Shown in pieces: positions 1 through 12,027 of a stretch of 64,000 nt of DNA (the first letter of the stretch is position 1; each line of letters begins with the position of its first letter). Made by a program: the position numbers and the translations under genes. The stretch is from Basidiobolus meristosporus CBS 931.73 (lineage: Eukaryota > Fungi > Basidiobolomycota): assembly GCA_002104905.1 (NCBI GenBank), contig MCFE01000052.1:62001-126000 (forward strand), written 5' to 3'. A model generated the notes under the pieces. It was given only the letters and a program-made list of their open reading frames with translations, searched no databases and was not told where the DNA came from.

Positions 1-775
1 TTAAAGCATTTTCTTCTTCCTTCTTATTGGTGCTTGTTTTTCTTAATTCTTCCTCCAGGAGCCTTCTATATATCTAATTTAAGGTCAAATCTTCAGTTCT
101 GAGCTCTAGGGCTGATACAAGGCTCTGAAACTTATCTGTAAGGCTATTTAACATGGTAATTAGCACATCCTCATCAGTAGCTGGTAAGCCTACAAATTCC
201 ATCTCATCCACCAGCTGGGTAATTCTGCTAATTAGATTTTTCATTTTGTCTCCTGGCTGCATTCTTGTGGTAAAGAATTTTTGTCTAATCTACATTTTCT
301 TAGCAGCTGAACATGACTAATAGGTGTCTTCTAATGCCTTCCAGACATTCTTTGCTGTTTTTGCTCTTGAGCATTGAATTAGCAATTTGTCTTTAACATT
401 AAGGCAAATGCATTTAAAGACACTTTGTTCTTTCTGGTGGTACTTTAAGACTTCCTCTCCCACATTTTTAGGAGGGCATTTTTCTTCCATGCCAATATCC
501 CAAAGACCTCTTTCTTGTAGCAGTATCTTCAGCTTCACCTTCAACATTTGGCAGTTAGATCCATCCTGCATTTCAGCAGAGGGAAAAATTCCAGTAATAG
601 CAGTAGTAGACATTGCAGAGAGTGACAGCTTGGGGCTTATAGCCTGTTGTCAGAGTCTTGGAGATATTGGAAGTGATTGTGGGGACAAGTAGATTATGTA
701 GCTTTCACTTGATGATTTATTAAATGTAAAAGTAGTATTTATACTTTTACATGGTTTTGGCATTGTAAACATGTA
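1..775 (-). mobile_element. Truncated Ty1/copia element copy (partial 5' LTR ~645-775, PBS-like motif, degenerate gag); runs off the window start
   Basis: Minus-strand ORFs 317-613 and 74-262 (MSTTAITGIFPSAE..., LELRTEDLTLN) are close paralogs of the gag at 2860-3773. The reverse complement of 645-775 matches the 3' part of the LTR (...CTCTGACAACA) and is followed by GGCTATAAGCCCC. Confidence 0.9.
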
Positions 776-982
776 GTTTTGCACCTTAATAAAATAAAAG
801 GGTTTCAATAAAAGCAGAGTAAAGTTAGTTTATGTGTACATCAAATGCTTCAATTACTGGCTGGATGGATATTATGTAGGAGCAATAAGCTCAGTAACCT
901 CAAAGGAAAGATATGATGAATGGGCCACCAACATCATCCAAATGAGTATAAAAGTGGAGATAATAAACACAACCCTTCATAA

Positions 983-1331
983 TGTTGTAAAAGGCTGCAA
1001 TTCTACCTCCATATTCACCCAACTTAGTCACTTATAGCATTCCCTTCAAATCCTAGAGAATACTGACCAAATTCCTTGTTGGGATTTACTTGGAATATTT
1101 TCACCAAAATACCAGGTACCCAGAACATGAAAATTCTCAAAGTTGGCCAAACAGCCGCAAACTTTGCACAAATGTTCTTGGGATCTTTCTTAACCTATTC
1201 TATGTGCTTTTATGCCAATTCTATGTAAAAGTATAAATGCTACTGTTACATTCAATCAATTATTAGGTGAAAACCACATAATCTACTTGTTTTTCCCAAT
1301 CACTTCCAATATCTCCAAGACTCTTACAACA
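983..1331 (+). mobile_element. Solo LTR of the same copia family (349 bp, TG...CA)
   Basis: Starts TGTTGTAAAA, ends CTCTTACAACA and aligns by eye over its length to the LTRs at 2483 and 6812. Flanks CATAA and GTTCT do not form a TSD. Confidence 0.9.
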
Positions 1332-2482
1332 GTTCTTAAGTAAATAACTATCAACTTAGCAATAAGCTAAGTGAACTCCAACAAAAAACATAGAAAAGGC
1401 TGGCAAAATACCATTATGGTATCAGCTGAATTCCAAGTTTCTCAAAATTGACAACTCTCAGTATCTCTGTTGTTGGCTGATGAGCATGCAAGCAAACAAA
1501 TTCCCTAGGAGGAGACTAGGCCAATAACATCCATACCAAATTTGGTAATATGTGGCCAATTACTTCCATCAAAAATTGCATTTGAAGATTTGAACCAAAA
1601 ACACCAGCTGAATACCAGCAAAATACTACTAGAATACCAACAGAAAATCAGATGAATTCCAAGTTTGAGATTTTTCATTGGAGGAGTCTTGCATCATATT
1701 AGTGGTTTAGGTGTAAGCTTAGCAATTTAAACACCTGGGATCTTACTATACTTATTCTAAATGTGTGCATTGTTAAGACCATGTTATGGTGTAGCCATTA
1801 CTTCTATATTGAAAATATTATCAAGTAAAGATACATAGACCACCTGTTCTGTCAGCCACTTCCTGTTGTGCATAAATACTTAAAACTTAGCTGATTTTTC
1901 ACTGCTAGAAAATCTAGTACCCTAACTGTGCTTCCCAAACCCAAACATAGCTAATTCCAGTTATAGATTGTTCCACCACTTCTGATAATCTATTTTTAGC
2001 TGAAACACCTGATCAATCTTCATGTGATCAATGCATCTTCAACTTATCTGCTAAGTCTTTCCAAATGATTAGTCATCTAAGATCTATCCAACCACTTAGC
2101 AGCTGCTGTGACAACAGCTGATCAATGATGCAATTTTCATCTATTGTATGCACCTATCACCACCCAGACTGATTTCAATTTATCCAGTCACTTGGTGTTT
2201 ACTAATTCAACTTGATTAGAAAAGTATAAACAAATTTTACTGAGCCTTGTGGTTGGTGTGTGTCTCAACATAATTAAGATTGAGTCTGAGCAAAATTGAG
2301 AATACAACAATTCTGCTCTAGTCTCTACCCAAGCCTAGCATATCTAGTACTCCCAAGAACACCAAGCATAGCCTGCATAGCAAACCAACTCTGCTGCTTT
2401 TATAGCCAAACCCAGCTATATACACAACCAGTATTTAACCAGGATCTCTCTGCCAATATCTCTGCCACACTCTGACAATTCT

Positions 2483-2828
2483 TGTTGTAAAAATTTGTAT
2501 ATCCATGTATATGCTCACATAACTTAGTCACTTAGATCATTACCTTTGTATCCTAGAGAGTACTGACCAAATTCCTAGTTGGGATTAACTTTGAATATTT
2601 TCACCAAAATACCAGCTACCCAGAACATAAAAGTTCTCATAGTTATCCAAACAGCCCCAAACTTTGACATGCTCTTGGGGCCTTCCTTAACCTATTCTAT
2701 GTGTTTGTAATGCCAAGACCAGGTAAAAGTATAAATACTACTTTTACATTCAGTAAATCATTAAGTGATAAACACATAATCTACTTGTTCTCCCAATCAC
2801 TTCCAATATATTCAAGATTCTTACAACA
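2483..2828 (+). repeat. 5' LTR
   Basis: TGTTGTAA...TTACAACA; contains TATAAAT at ~2730; direct repeat of 6812-7157. Confidence 0.95.
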
Positions 2829-2859
2829 TCTAATGAGCCCTGAGCTGTCACTCTCTGCT

Positions 2860-5800
2860 ATGTCTACTACTGCTATTACTGGAATTTTTCCCTCTGCTGA
2901 AAAGTTGGATGGATCTAACTACCAAGTGTGGAAGATGAAGATGAAGATGCTGCTACAAGAAAGAGGCCTTTGGGATATTGTCATGGGAGAAGAATGCCCT
3001 CCTAAAAACGTGGGAGAGGAAGCCTTGAAGTACCAGAAGAAAGAACAAAGTGCATTTAACTGCATTTGCCTTAATGTTAAAGACAAATTGCTAATTCAAT
3101 GCTCAAGAGCAAAAACAGCAAAGAATGCCTGGAAGGCATTAGAAGACACCTACCAGTCATGTTCAGCTGCTAAGAAAATGTATTTGAGACAAAAATTCTT
3201 TGCTACAAAGATGGTGTCAGGAGAAGAAATGAAAATTTAATTATCATAATTACCCTGCTGGTAGATGAGATGGAATCTGTGGGCATACCAACTACTGATG
3301 AGGATGTGATAGTTACCATCCTGAATAGCATGACAGACAGGTTTCAGGGCCTTGTATCAGCCCTAGAGTTCAGAACTGAAGATTTGACCTTAAATTATGT
3401 ATATGGAAGGCTCCTGGATGAAGAATTAAGAAAATCAAGTGCAAATAAGAAGGACAAAGAAAATGCTTTAATAAGCAATGATAACCAACAAAGGAGGTAC
3501 CCAAGACCCTACAAAGGTAACAGCAACCTGTTTTGTAGCTACTGCAAAAGGAAAGGACACACATCAGACCAGAGTCTCAAAAAGAAAGATAATCAGCAAA
3601 AGAAGCCTCAATATGGAATTGCTGCAACAACTGAAGATAGACTATTCATATCTGCACTAAATATGACCACAAACAAGGATTCTCAGACGTGGTATATTGA
3701 CTCTGGAGCATCTCAACACTGTACATACCAAAAAGAACTTTTTACCCAATATCAAGAAATTCCAATTAAGTAGGTTTTATGGATGACAATAGAGCACTTG
3801 ATGCAGTGGGAGAAGGAACTATCCAAGTAAACCTAAGAAGCAGTGAAGGAAGCTATACACTGACTTTCAAAGAAGTACTCTATGTAACAGAAATAGCCAA
3901 GAACCTACTATCTGTAAGCAAGGCCACTGCGGAAGGACTCAGTTTCAGCTTTGACAATTCTGGATGAAAGATCACTGATCAAAATGATGCCCATATTGCT
4001 TTGGGTATCAGAGATTGGAATCTATACAAGTTGACTTATATTCCATCATACTTGGAAGCCAATATAAGTAACTTGAATGAAGAAACACCAATGCTTTGGC
4101 ACAGGAGATTTGGGCACATCAATTTTGATTATTTGTGCAAAATTATAAAAGATCAACTAATTTCTGGAGTAAAAATTGATCCCCCAGCTAAATTTGGAGC
4201 ACTGTGAAGCCTGCATATATGGGAAACAAGCCAGACAACTGTTCAAGAGCTCTGGGATAATCAAAACTAAGAAAAAACTAGATCTAATTCACTCAGATCT
4301 GTGTGGGCCTATGCACAATATATCCTTAGGTGGGATGAAGTATTTAATCACTTTTATTGATGATTATACAAGATACACATGGGTCTACTTCATGGAGAGA
4401 AAGGAAGAAGCTCTGTCTAGGCTCAGGGAATTTAAAGCCATGGTGGAGAGAGAAACTGGTGAAAAAATCAAGAAAATTCACCCTGACAATGGTGGAGCAC
4501 ATACCTCAAAACTCTTCATCCACTTCTGCAAAATTCATTGGATAAAGCAAGAGACTACTGTACCATACTCCCCACAGCAAAATGGAGTAGCAGAACATGC
4601 TAACAGATCAACAATTGATATGGCAAGATCTATGATCCATGATCAAAAATTATCCTATGATTTTTGAGCCAAATCAGTTGCCACTGATGTATATCTTAAG
4701 AATAGGAGTTATAACAGAATACTTTGTAATTCTACTACATTTGAAGCATGGTATGGATACAGACCAAGTGTAGAACATCTAAGAAGATTTGGGTGTACAG
4801 CATATGCCAAGAAACTGCCTGGAAATCAGTCAAACTTTGAGCCAAAAAGTGTAAAATGCGTATTTTTAAGCTACTGCTATGAGAGTAAAGCATGCAGACT
4901 CTACAGTATCAAAGCAAAGAAGCTAATCAAGTCCAGGGATGTGATGCTTGATGAAAATGCAAAATGTTTACAAAAAATGACATCAGATGATGACAAAAAT
5001 CTGAACTCAAATCCACCAACTGGCAGGATTGAATCAGAGCAAAACAATGAAGATTTTTTTACTCCAGAGGACTCTACAACCATGGTTCAGCCAGAATCAG
5101 TGCCCAGGAATATCCCAGAAGTGATCATTCCAGTATCAAATGCCCGGAGATCCAACCGGACAAGAAATAGCCCAAATTACTATATCAATGAGGGTACAAA
5201 CTTAGCCTATGCCTATTCAGTCCATATTGATGAGCCCCAGACTGTAAAAGAGGCCCTAAATAGCCCTCAGATGAAGTTTTGGAGATCTGCAATGACTGAG
5301 GAATATCAGGCCCTGATGGAAAAACAAACTTGCAACTTAGTCAAATTACCAATCAACCAAAAATCAATTGGATGCAGATGGGTCTTCAAGACAAAATACA
5401 AGGCTGATGGTACAATTGAAAGATACAAAGCAAGACTTGTAGCCAAAGGATACTCTCAAACAAAAGGACCTGACTATACTGAGACCTTTGCACTGGTAGC
5501 CAAGTTAAATTCCATCAGATTAATATTGGCTATTGCAGCCAAATATAAGTTTTTTATTCATCAAATGGATGTAAAAACTGCATTTTTGAATGAAGAACTT
5601 GATGAGGACGTGTATATGGACCAGCCTGATGGGTTTGTTGACCAAGATAACCCCCATTTGGTCTGCAAGCTTAAAAAGTCACTATATGGTCTCAAACAAT
5701 CACTAAGAGCCTGGAATTGCAATATAGATTCTTGTTTGGAATCTTTGAGTTTCAAAAGAAGTAATGCTGACTATAGTATATACTATAAGCCAGATAGAGC

Positions 5801-6800
5801 AAATCCAGTTCTATTAGCTCTATATGTGGATGTTCTTATTATAGCCACCAATAACCTAAAAACATTGGAAGAGACAAAATCCAGCCTATCTAAGGAGTTC
5901 AAGATGTCTGATCTAGGAGAACTTAGTTACTACTTAGGGATTAAGTTCTCCATAGACAGAAGTACCCAGACTATCACCCTAAGCCAATCCAAGTATATTT
6001 AAGATATACTAGAGTACTAAATGGAAGACTGTAAACTGGCAGCTACCCCAATGGAGACAAACATTAACTTGGTCAAAACTCAACCAAATCAAGAGAGCTT
6101 GGTGCCATCTGAAAGCCCTGACTTTCCTTATCAATCTATGGTTGGCAGTCTGATGTATATCATGCTTGGAAGACGTCCAGATATCTCATATTCAGTGAGA
6201 GTTGTCAGCCAACATAATCAGAACTATGGATCTGATCATATTGCAGCAGTTAAGTGGATTTTTAGATACCTAAAAGGAACTGCTGATATCTGCTTAAGAT
6301 ACACTTAAAAGGACTCAGAACAAGATCTTGTGGGATACTCTGATGCTGATTGGGGACAAAATTTGGAAGACAGAAGATCCACCACAGGATACACCTTTCT
6401 TTACTGTAAAGGAGCAATTTCATGGAATTCAAGAAAGCAACCAACCATAGCACTTTCTACCACAGAGGCAGAGTACATGGCAGCCTGTGAAGATACAAAA
6501 GAAGCAATGTGGTTAAGAAAGCTTTTTACAGATTTAGGTCTATGTCAAGAAATGCCTATTACTTTATTTCAAGATAATCAAGGATGTATACAATTAGGTA
6601 GAGATCCAACTTTTCATGCTAGAACCAAGCACATAGATATTAGACATCTTTTCATATGTGAAGCTATAGAGAATAACTTAGTTAGCTTAGTTTACTGTCC
6701 TACAGATGAAATGATTGCAGACATATTTACCAAACCATTAGCTAGAGACAAGTTTGAATATCTTAGGTCAAAATTAGGACTAGTCAGTATGAACATTTAG
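2860..6800 (+). pseudogene. Disrupted copia gag-pol polyprotein
   Basis: Motifs in order: gag, zinc knuckle CSYCKRKGH (last Cys lost), protease WYIDSGASQH, LWHRRFGH, integrase HSDLCGP/DNGG/QNGVAE, RT RYKARLVAKG/DVKTAFL/LYVDV (YVDD catalytic Asp lost), RNase H GYSDADW/TEAEY/QDNQG/ADIFTK. Broken into many ORFs by stops and frameshifts. Confidence 0.95.
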
Positions 6801-6811
6801 CTGAGTGGGAG

Positions 6812-7157
6812 TGTTGTAAAAATATGTATTTCCACCTAAATATTCGCATAACTTAGTCACTTAGATCATTACCTTCATATCCTAGAGAATACTGACTAAA
6901 TTCCTTGTCGGGATTTACTTAGAATATTTTCACCAAAATACCAGGTACCCAGAACATGAAAATTCTCAAAGTTGACCAAACAGCCCCAAACTTCAACATG
7001 TTCTTGGGACCTTCCTTAACCTATTCTATGTGTTTGTAATGCCAAGACCAGGTAAAAGTATAAATACTACTTTTACATTCAATAAATCATTAAGTGATAA
7101 ACACATAATCTACTTGTTCTCCCAATCACTTCCAATATCTCCAAGACTCTTACAACA
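6812..7157 (+). repeat. 3' LTR
   Basis: Preceded by PPT-like TGAGTGGGAG; TG...CA termini; followed by TSD ATTCT. Confidence 0.95.
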
Positions 7158-8345
7158 ATTCTAAGATTCTGCACCTAATTGTCCATTGGGTTCAGTTAAA
7201 CCATTCAAGCATTTTATTACATGTTTCTCTTGGATATAACACTTCCAATATCTCCAGCTCTTAAAACAGATAGTTTATATACTCTGGGGCATATAAAATG
7301 TATAGAAAGGTACCAAGAGCACTTTGCAGAGTATTGCCAAATTCTTATTATCTAAGTGCCTGACATTTGGCAACTGTGATTGAGGCAAACCCTGATTGAG
7401 AGATTTGACAGAGAGCAGTCAGGCTCAAAAGCTATGAGCTAAACTACCAAGTTGATTCTATTGTCTATGTATAAAGACCAAATTCAAGACTAATATGTGG
7501 AACCTGTATAAGGATAGTATAACTGAGTTAAATATATGTGGTGTGTGTAACCAAGAGCAGAAGTAAGATGTGTACAAGCCTCAGTTAGCCAAGTGAGATA
7601 TTGAGTACCCATATGCAAGACTTTATTGTTTAGTTGAGCTGACACATAATTAGTGCCAAGAACATCCCAAAAGATTTCTGAGTGGTGAGGAGTGATTTTC
7701 ATTTAATTGATATCAAGTGATTGGACTGATTCCAAAATGATTAGAAACATTTTCATCTACCCAGTTTTATATGTGAGCAAGACCCAAGGTTTGGATTCTT
7801 GCAGCCCATCAGGAGTTCCTAACCCCAGATGCTCTGTTGGATCACGATGATATCCATGCTTGGCATCTACTAAACAAGCACTACAGAGCTCGTACTGGTC
7901 TTGATTAACTTGGCCACGTATCACGGGTAGAATTGGATGCAAGACGGAAGATTTGCGGGGTAAAATCGTGACAATGTAGCCAATGACCATCCATGCTGAT
8001 AGCCGAAACTCTAGTGCAAGTTGGCCAATATACTTGAGCAAATGGAGGGGAAGCTTGATTTGCCTATATCAACAGCCCCATTTAACATGTATGATAATCA
8101 CGCACATTGTTATAGTTAAAACTCAATTAAACCAGCAGTCGGTTCGAGTGAATAGTAGTTGGCTACTATATATGGCAAGGCGAGCGGTTGATAATCCGTG
8201 ATGCCGTTCTCATCGTCTAATCTTGACTACGCACCAGCACCCCAGAACAAAAGAGATTTTTAGGGGGCTGGTCGAAATTGAAGCATGTGATTGTGGATGG
8301 GCATTACCCCATCATTTACCATGTCTCACAACCAAATGACCCATC

Positions 8346-8378
8346 CTGAACCCGCACTGAGCCCGCACTGAACCCGCA
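8346..8378. repeat. 3x 11-bp tandem repeat CTGA(A/G)CCCGCA
   Basis: CTGAACCCGCA-CTGAGCCCGCA-CTGAACCCGCA read directly. Confidence 0.85.
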
Positions 8379-9996
8379 CACTAAAACCCTAGGCGTTGTG
8401 GCAAAGTCATTGTAGGACGGGACCCCATTGGCCAGCTCGATAGTTTAACCGAAGGGAACACATTTCCCGAGTGGAGAGTTAAAGTTATCGTTTTGTGGCA
8501 AGGTCGTCAGGTGCGGCTAAACTCAGGTCATGCCACTTATTCAATACGTGCTGGTGCATGGAACCTGTCGGGTTGAGATCAGTTAACTAAACATGGAAAT
8601 CCATCTCCATATCCACTGATTCACCAGTGGTGGCTTCGCATTAACATCAAACCCTGTACACAAACCCTGAACAAGGCCCATGATGGCATCCCTACGCAGA
8701 GCATAGCAAGGAATACGGGGAGTGGGACAGGTTCAGTGAATATCATATGATTTCCTGGTGGACTGGCTCGGCTCAGTTGGCTTGTCACTTGCTTGCCTTG
8801 CGGTATCGGCACGAGGCCGGGGTTAAATCTGTGGGAATTTCCCACGATATTTTGCCGTTCCTAAAAAAACGACCACCCACCGTTGTGTGTCTGCATTCTA
8901 GAATTACCCTCTGTATTTCCTAAACCGACGCTGGAAAGATCTTCCAAAACGGATGGTTTCACTTTAGAGCGTCACTCACGAGCATGCATGGTTGTTGGAA
9001 TCCCCGAGTGCGACATTGCTTCTCTGCGCCGTCATCTGGTCCATGGAGCCGCTTGGCCAACCACACGGAGTCGATACCCTAGTGGTAGAGAAGACCAAAC
9101 TATGATAGCGTTGCGACAGTGCAAGATGACGGATCAAAAGGGGTGGTGGCGCTTGGATGGCTGAGCCACCATACACCCACCAACTCCTTGGTGAAGCTTT
9201 TCTTTGGATTGATGAGACTGAGGTGAGGGAAGCATTTCCATTCTAAGAAACATTTTGCCATCTGTGTCAATTAGATGGGGAGATATTGGGGTATTATGGC
9301 CTGTGGCCTGTGGCGATATCTTTGCAGATGCAGTGGGTTTATTTCCATTGTGGCGTCAATCCTTCATTGCCGCTGATTAAACATAAGGTTTTACATTGCT
9401 GACCATTGACACTCCGGTATGCTCGGAGAGTACAAAGCATCAATTTGGCAAAGATTATTAGGAATCGCCTCATTTGGGACTCCATGATGTCGGCCACGGT
9501 GTTTGAGTCATGGACTTAGGGTTAGGTGTGTGGTGCGTGTGGTGAGTCGGGGTAGATTTCATGGAAGTGGCGGGGGGAAGGGGCTGAGCAACAGATTACT
9601 AGGCGTCGACGAATCAATTGGGGTCTGACTGACTAACCGGCTCGGACTACATTACAGGTTGTGAAGTGGATACATTTGCATGTGCAAGCGAGGATGATTC
9701 CCTCTATGGGCAACCTGCCCTTTTTTGTACCATGCCACTGCTTAATTATCGAGATTTGGCCATTCAATTGATGGTGTTTCGGGTGAAATGACCGAAGCTC
9801 CCATTTCTATAGTCAGACTTCAGCCACATAGCTACCAGCCAGATTCCCGTATGGCTCATCTATTTAACTCGCGAAAGGGACAGCGGATGCTGGTTATTTT
9901 GCCAGAATCACTCTCCGTTTTTTTCATTCGATCTTCGCCACTTGCATACTTGTTTTTTACTGGAATTCACTCATATTTGCATCTCACCTCCCTACC

Positions 9997-11589
9997 ATGG
10001 ACGTAAGTATACGGTCAACAACTCCCCACAGCAGCGCCCTGGAGAGCCACTCCACACCACCACTGCCGATAGCCAGTCGCTCGGATCGGTATTCCACATC
10101 CAAAATGGACCATATTTCTAATGAATCCAACATTGGCCTTCTGGCATCCGCCGCTACCGCCGCGAACAATTATATCCATGCAACAGCAGACATTCCCGAA
10201 AAAAATGCTCGAGCCGAGATTTCCCCTGTGGAGAGCCACCCCACCTCTCCGATCAGCCCCCACTCTACTAGAGCTCCTTACCCAACGCCAACATCCACCC
10301 CAGCCCAACATCCATTTGTTGGCTCCAAATTCCCCTTACCTTCAGAGACCCCAGCTTCCAAATCACCCTTAGTGTCCATCAGCGAACCCAAGCCATCATC
10401 AAGAGCGGGAACTCCAAGTGGAAGCCGTCCCAATGGCACAGCCAATCCGGAGAAGCCATTTGCATGCGATCAATGTGATCAGACTTTTAGTAGACAGCAC
10501 AATCTTAAATCGCATTACCTGACTCATACACAAGAGCGCCCGTATCAGTGCAACGTTTGTAACCAACATTTTCGTAGACACCACGATCTCAAGCGCCACA
10601 GCAAGCTACATACTGGCGAGCGTCCCTACCAATGCACCATCTGTGATCGTTCCTTTGCCCGGCTGGATGCGTTGAATAGACATTTGAGAGCCGAGCGCGA
10701 AGGTGGTGGAGGCTGTAGTGGTGTGAGTCGGGGAACACGCACTCGATGCGCCAGCGGGGAGAAGGAGATGAGTGTGGAGAAAGCCTCCAGCCCCAAATTG
10801 CATGTCCAGGGAGGTACTGTTTCATCCGGTTCGCCTCGCCCCACGCCGTCACAAAGTGCCAAACACCATCCTAGTTTTACCGAGTCCAACTTCAGCATCC
10901 GTAGCGAATCTCTCGCAAACCGCTCCCCCTCGCATGGCCCAAATTCGCCTTATCAACAGCAACAACAACAACCCTCAGATAGTTCTCGGGCGGAAGACCA
11001 TGTTCCACTGGCCTCCAGCGGACGGAACTCCCCCATTGTCAAACCAGTTGCTCCTACTCCGACCATGTTACCACAGCTAAGTCCTGTTGAAACAAAACCT
11101 CAAATCCAACCGTACATCTTCCCATCGGAGAATCTATCTCGCATATACAGTTCCACCGGACATCATCTTGCTTTATCCTCCATTCAGGCCCAGGCAAGCC
11201 ACCTTGATTACCTTCCACAGCCCTCACTGAGCGGCTCGCAGTATCATGGCGTGCGAGTCGAGTCTCACGCTGGATTCCACCCGGAGAATATTTCATCCGA
11301 CCCGGGATATCGCGATTCTTCAGTCTCCTCACACTCCAACGATGATACCTCTTCACCCCGTACTATACAGAAGGCAGAAAGCAATGCAGGATTCTGCCCA
11401 GGCACTGAGGTGACGTACCTCCAAGAGAAGAATGAGTACCTCGAGGCTAGAGTAAGGGAGTTGGAGGCTGACCTCATCAACGAAAGGATGATGAAACGTC
11501 GTAGAGAATGGCTGGAGGAAAGAGTAAGGGAGCTGGAAATTGAGGTAAGAATAATTAATCAGAGACATCCTTTGAGCAACGAGAGCTAA
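9997..11589 (+). CDS. C2H2 zinc-finger transcription factor (3 fingers, Crz1-like finger array)
   Basis: Three CxxC...HxxxH-type fingers with TQERPY and TGERPY linkers (FSRQHNLKSH, FRRHHDLKRH, FARLDALNRH); Ser/Pro-rich low-complexity flanks, a poly-Gln tract and a C-terminal coiled coil. Confidence 0.9.
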   Translation: MDVSIRSTTPHSSALESHSTPPLPIASRSDRYSTSKMDHISNESNIGLLASAATAANNYIHATADIPEKNARAEISPVESHPTSPISPHSTRAPYPTPTSTPAQHPFVGSKFPLPSETPASKSPLVSISEPKPSSRAGTPSGSRPNGTANPEKPFACDQCDQTFSRQHNLKSHYLTHTQERPYQCNVCNQHFRRHHDLKRHSKLHTGERPYQCTICDRSFARLDALNRHLRAEREGGGGCSGVSRGTRTRCASGEKEMSVEKASSPKLHVQGGTVSSGSPRPTPSQSAKHHPSFTESNFSIRSESLANRSPSHGPNSPYQQQQQQPSDSSRAEDHVPLASSGRNSPIVKPVAPTPTMLPQLSPVETKPQIQPYIFPSENLSRIYSSTGHHLALSSIQAQASHLDYLPQPSLSGSQYHGVRVESHAGFHPENISSDPGYRDSSVSSHSNDDTSSPRTIQKAESNAGFCPGTEVTYLQEKNEYLEARVRELEADLINERMMKRRREWLEERVRELEIEVRIINQRHPLSNES

Positions 11590-12027
11590 CCCACTACCCT
11601 CTTCCAGAAATCACTGCTGAAAGGGCTTCTCATCGAACGGGATGATTATTCTTCAAGAACGGGCGCGTCCACCTCCCCCGCATACCCCGCCAACCCCAAG
11701 AATCCCACCAAGGAGTTCGGCAAAAAACGCCGAGTGGTTTGATTCGAACCAGATTCCCCAGATTTGTAGATATAATTCGCCTTGGACCATTGTAGATTTT
11801 TGTCGCGTAAATTCTATTTTAATATGAGCACCGATTATTCAATAGACATGGGTTGTGTAGATCGTAGTTTATATATGGCAAAATTAGGGCGTTCGAAGCA
11901 ACCGATATGAAAGCGATAGAATAAATAAGAGGATAGTACATGGAACCAAACGGGAGCAAAGATGAGGGAGGCAAAAATGAAATGGGCCGGAGAAGGATCC
12001 AGTTTGAAACCTGCATACTAGATACAT

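Larger units (their letters stand above)
2483..7157 (+). mobile_element. Full-length but inactivated Ty1/copia LTR retrotransposon
   Basis: Two 346-bp LTRs (2483-2828, 6812-7157), a 5-bp TSD ATTCT (2478-2482 and 7158-7162), a polypurine tract before the 3' LTR, and gag-PR-IN-RT-RH domain order. Confidence 0.97.

Noticed and set aside
8380-9530. Telomere-like hexamers (AACCCTAG at ~8387, TTAGGGTTAGG at ~9517)
   Set aside because: At most two units and isolated; expected by chance.
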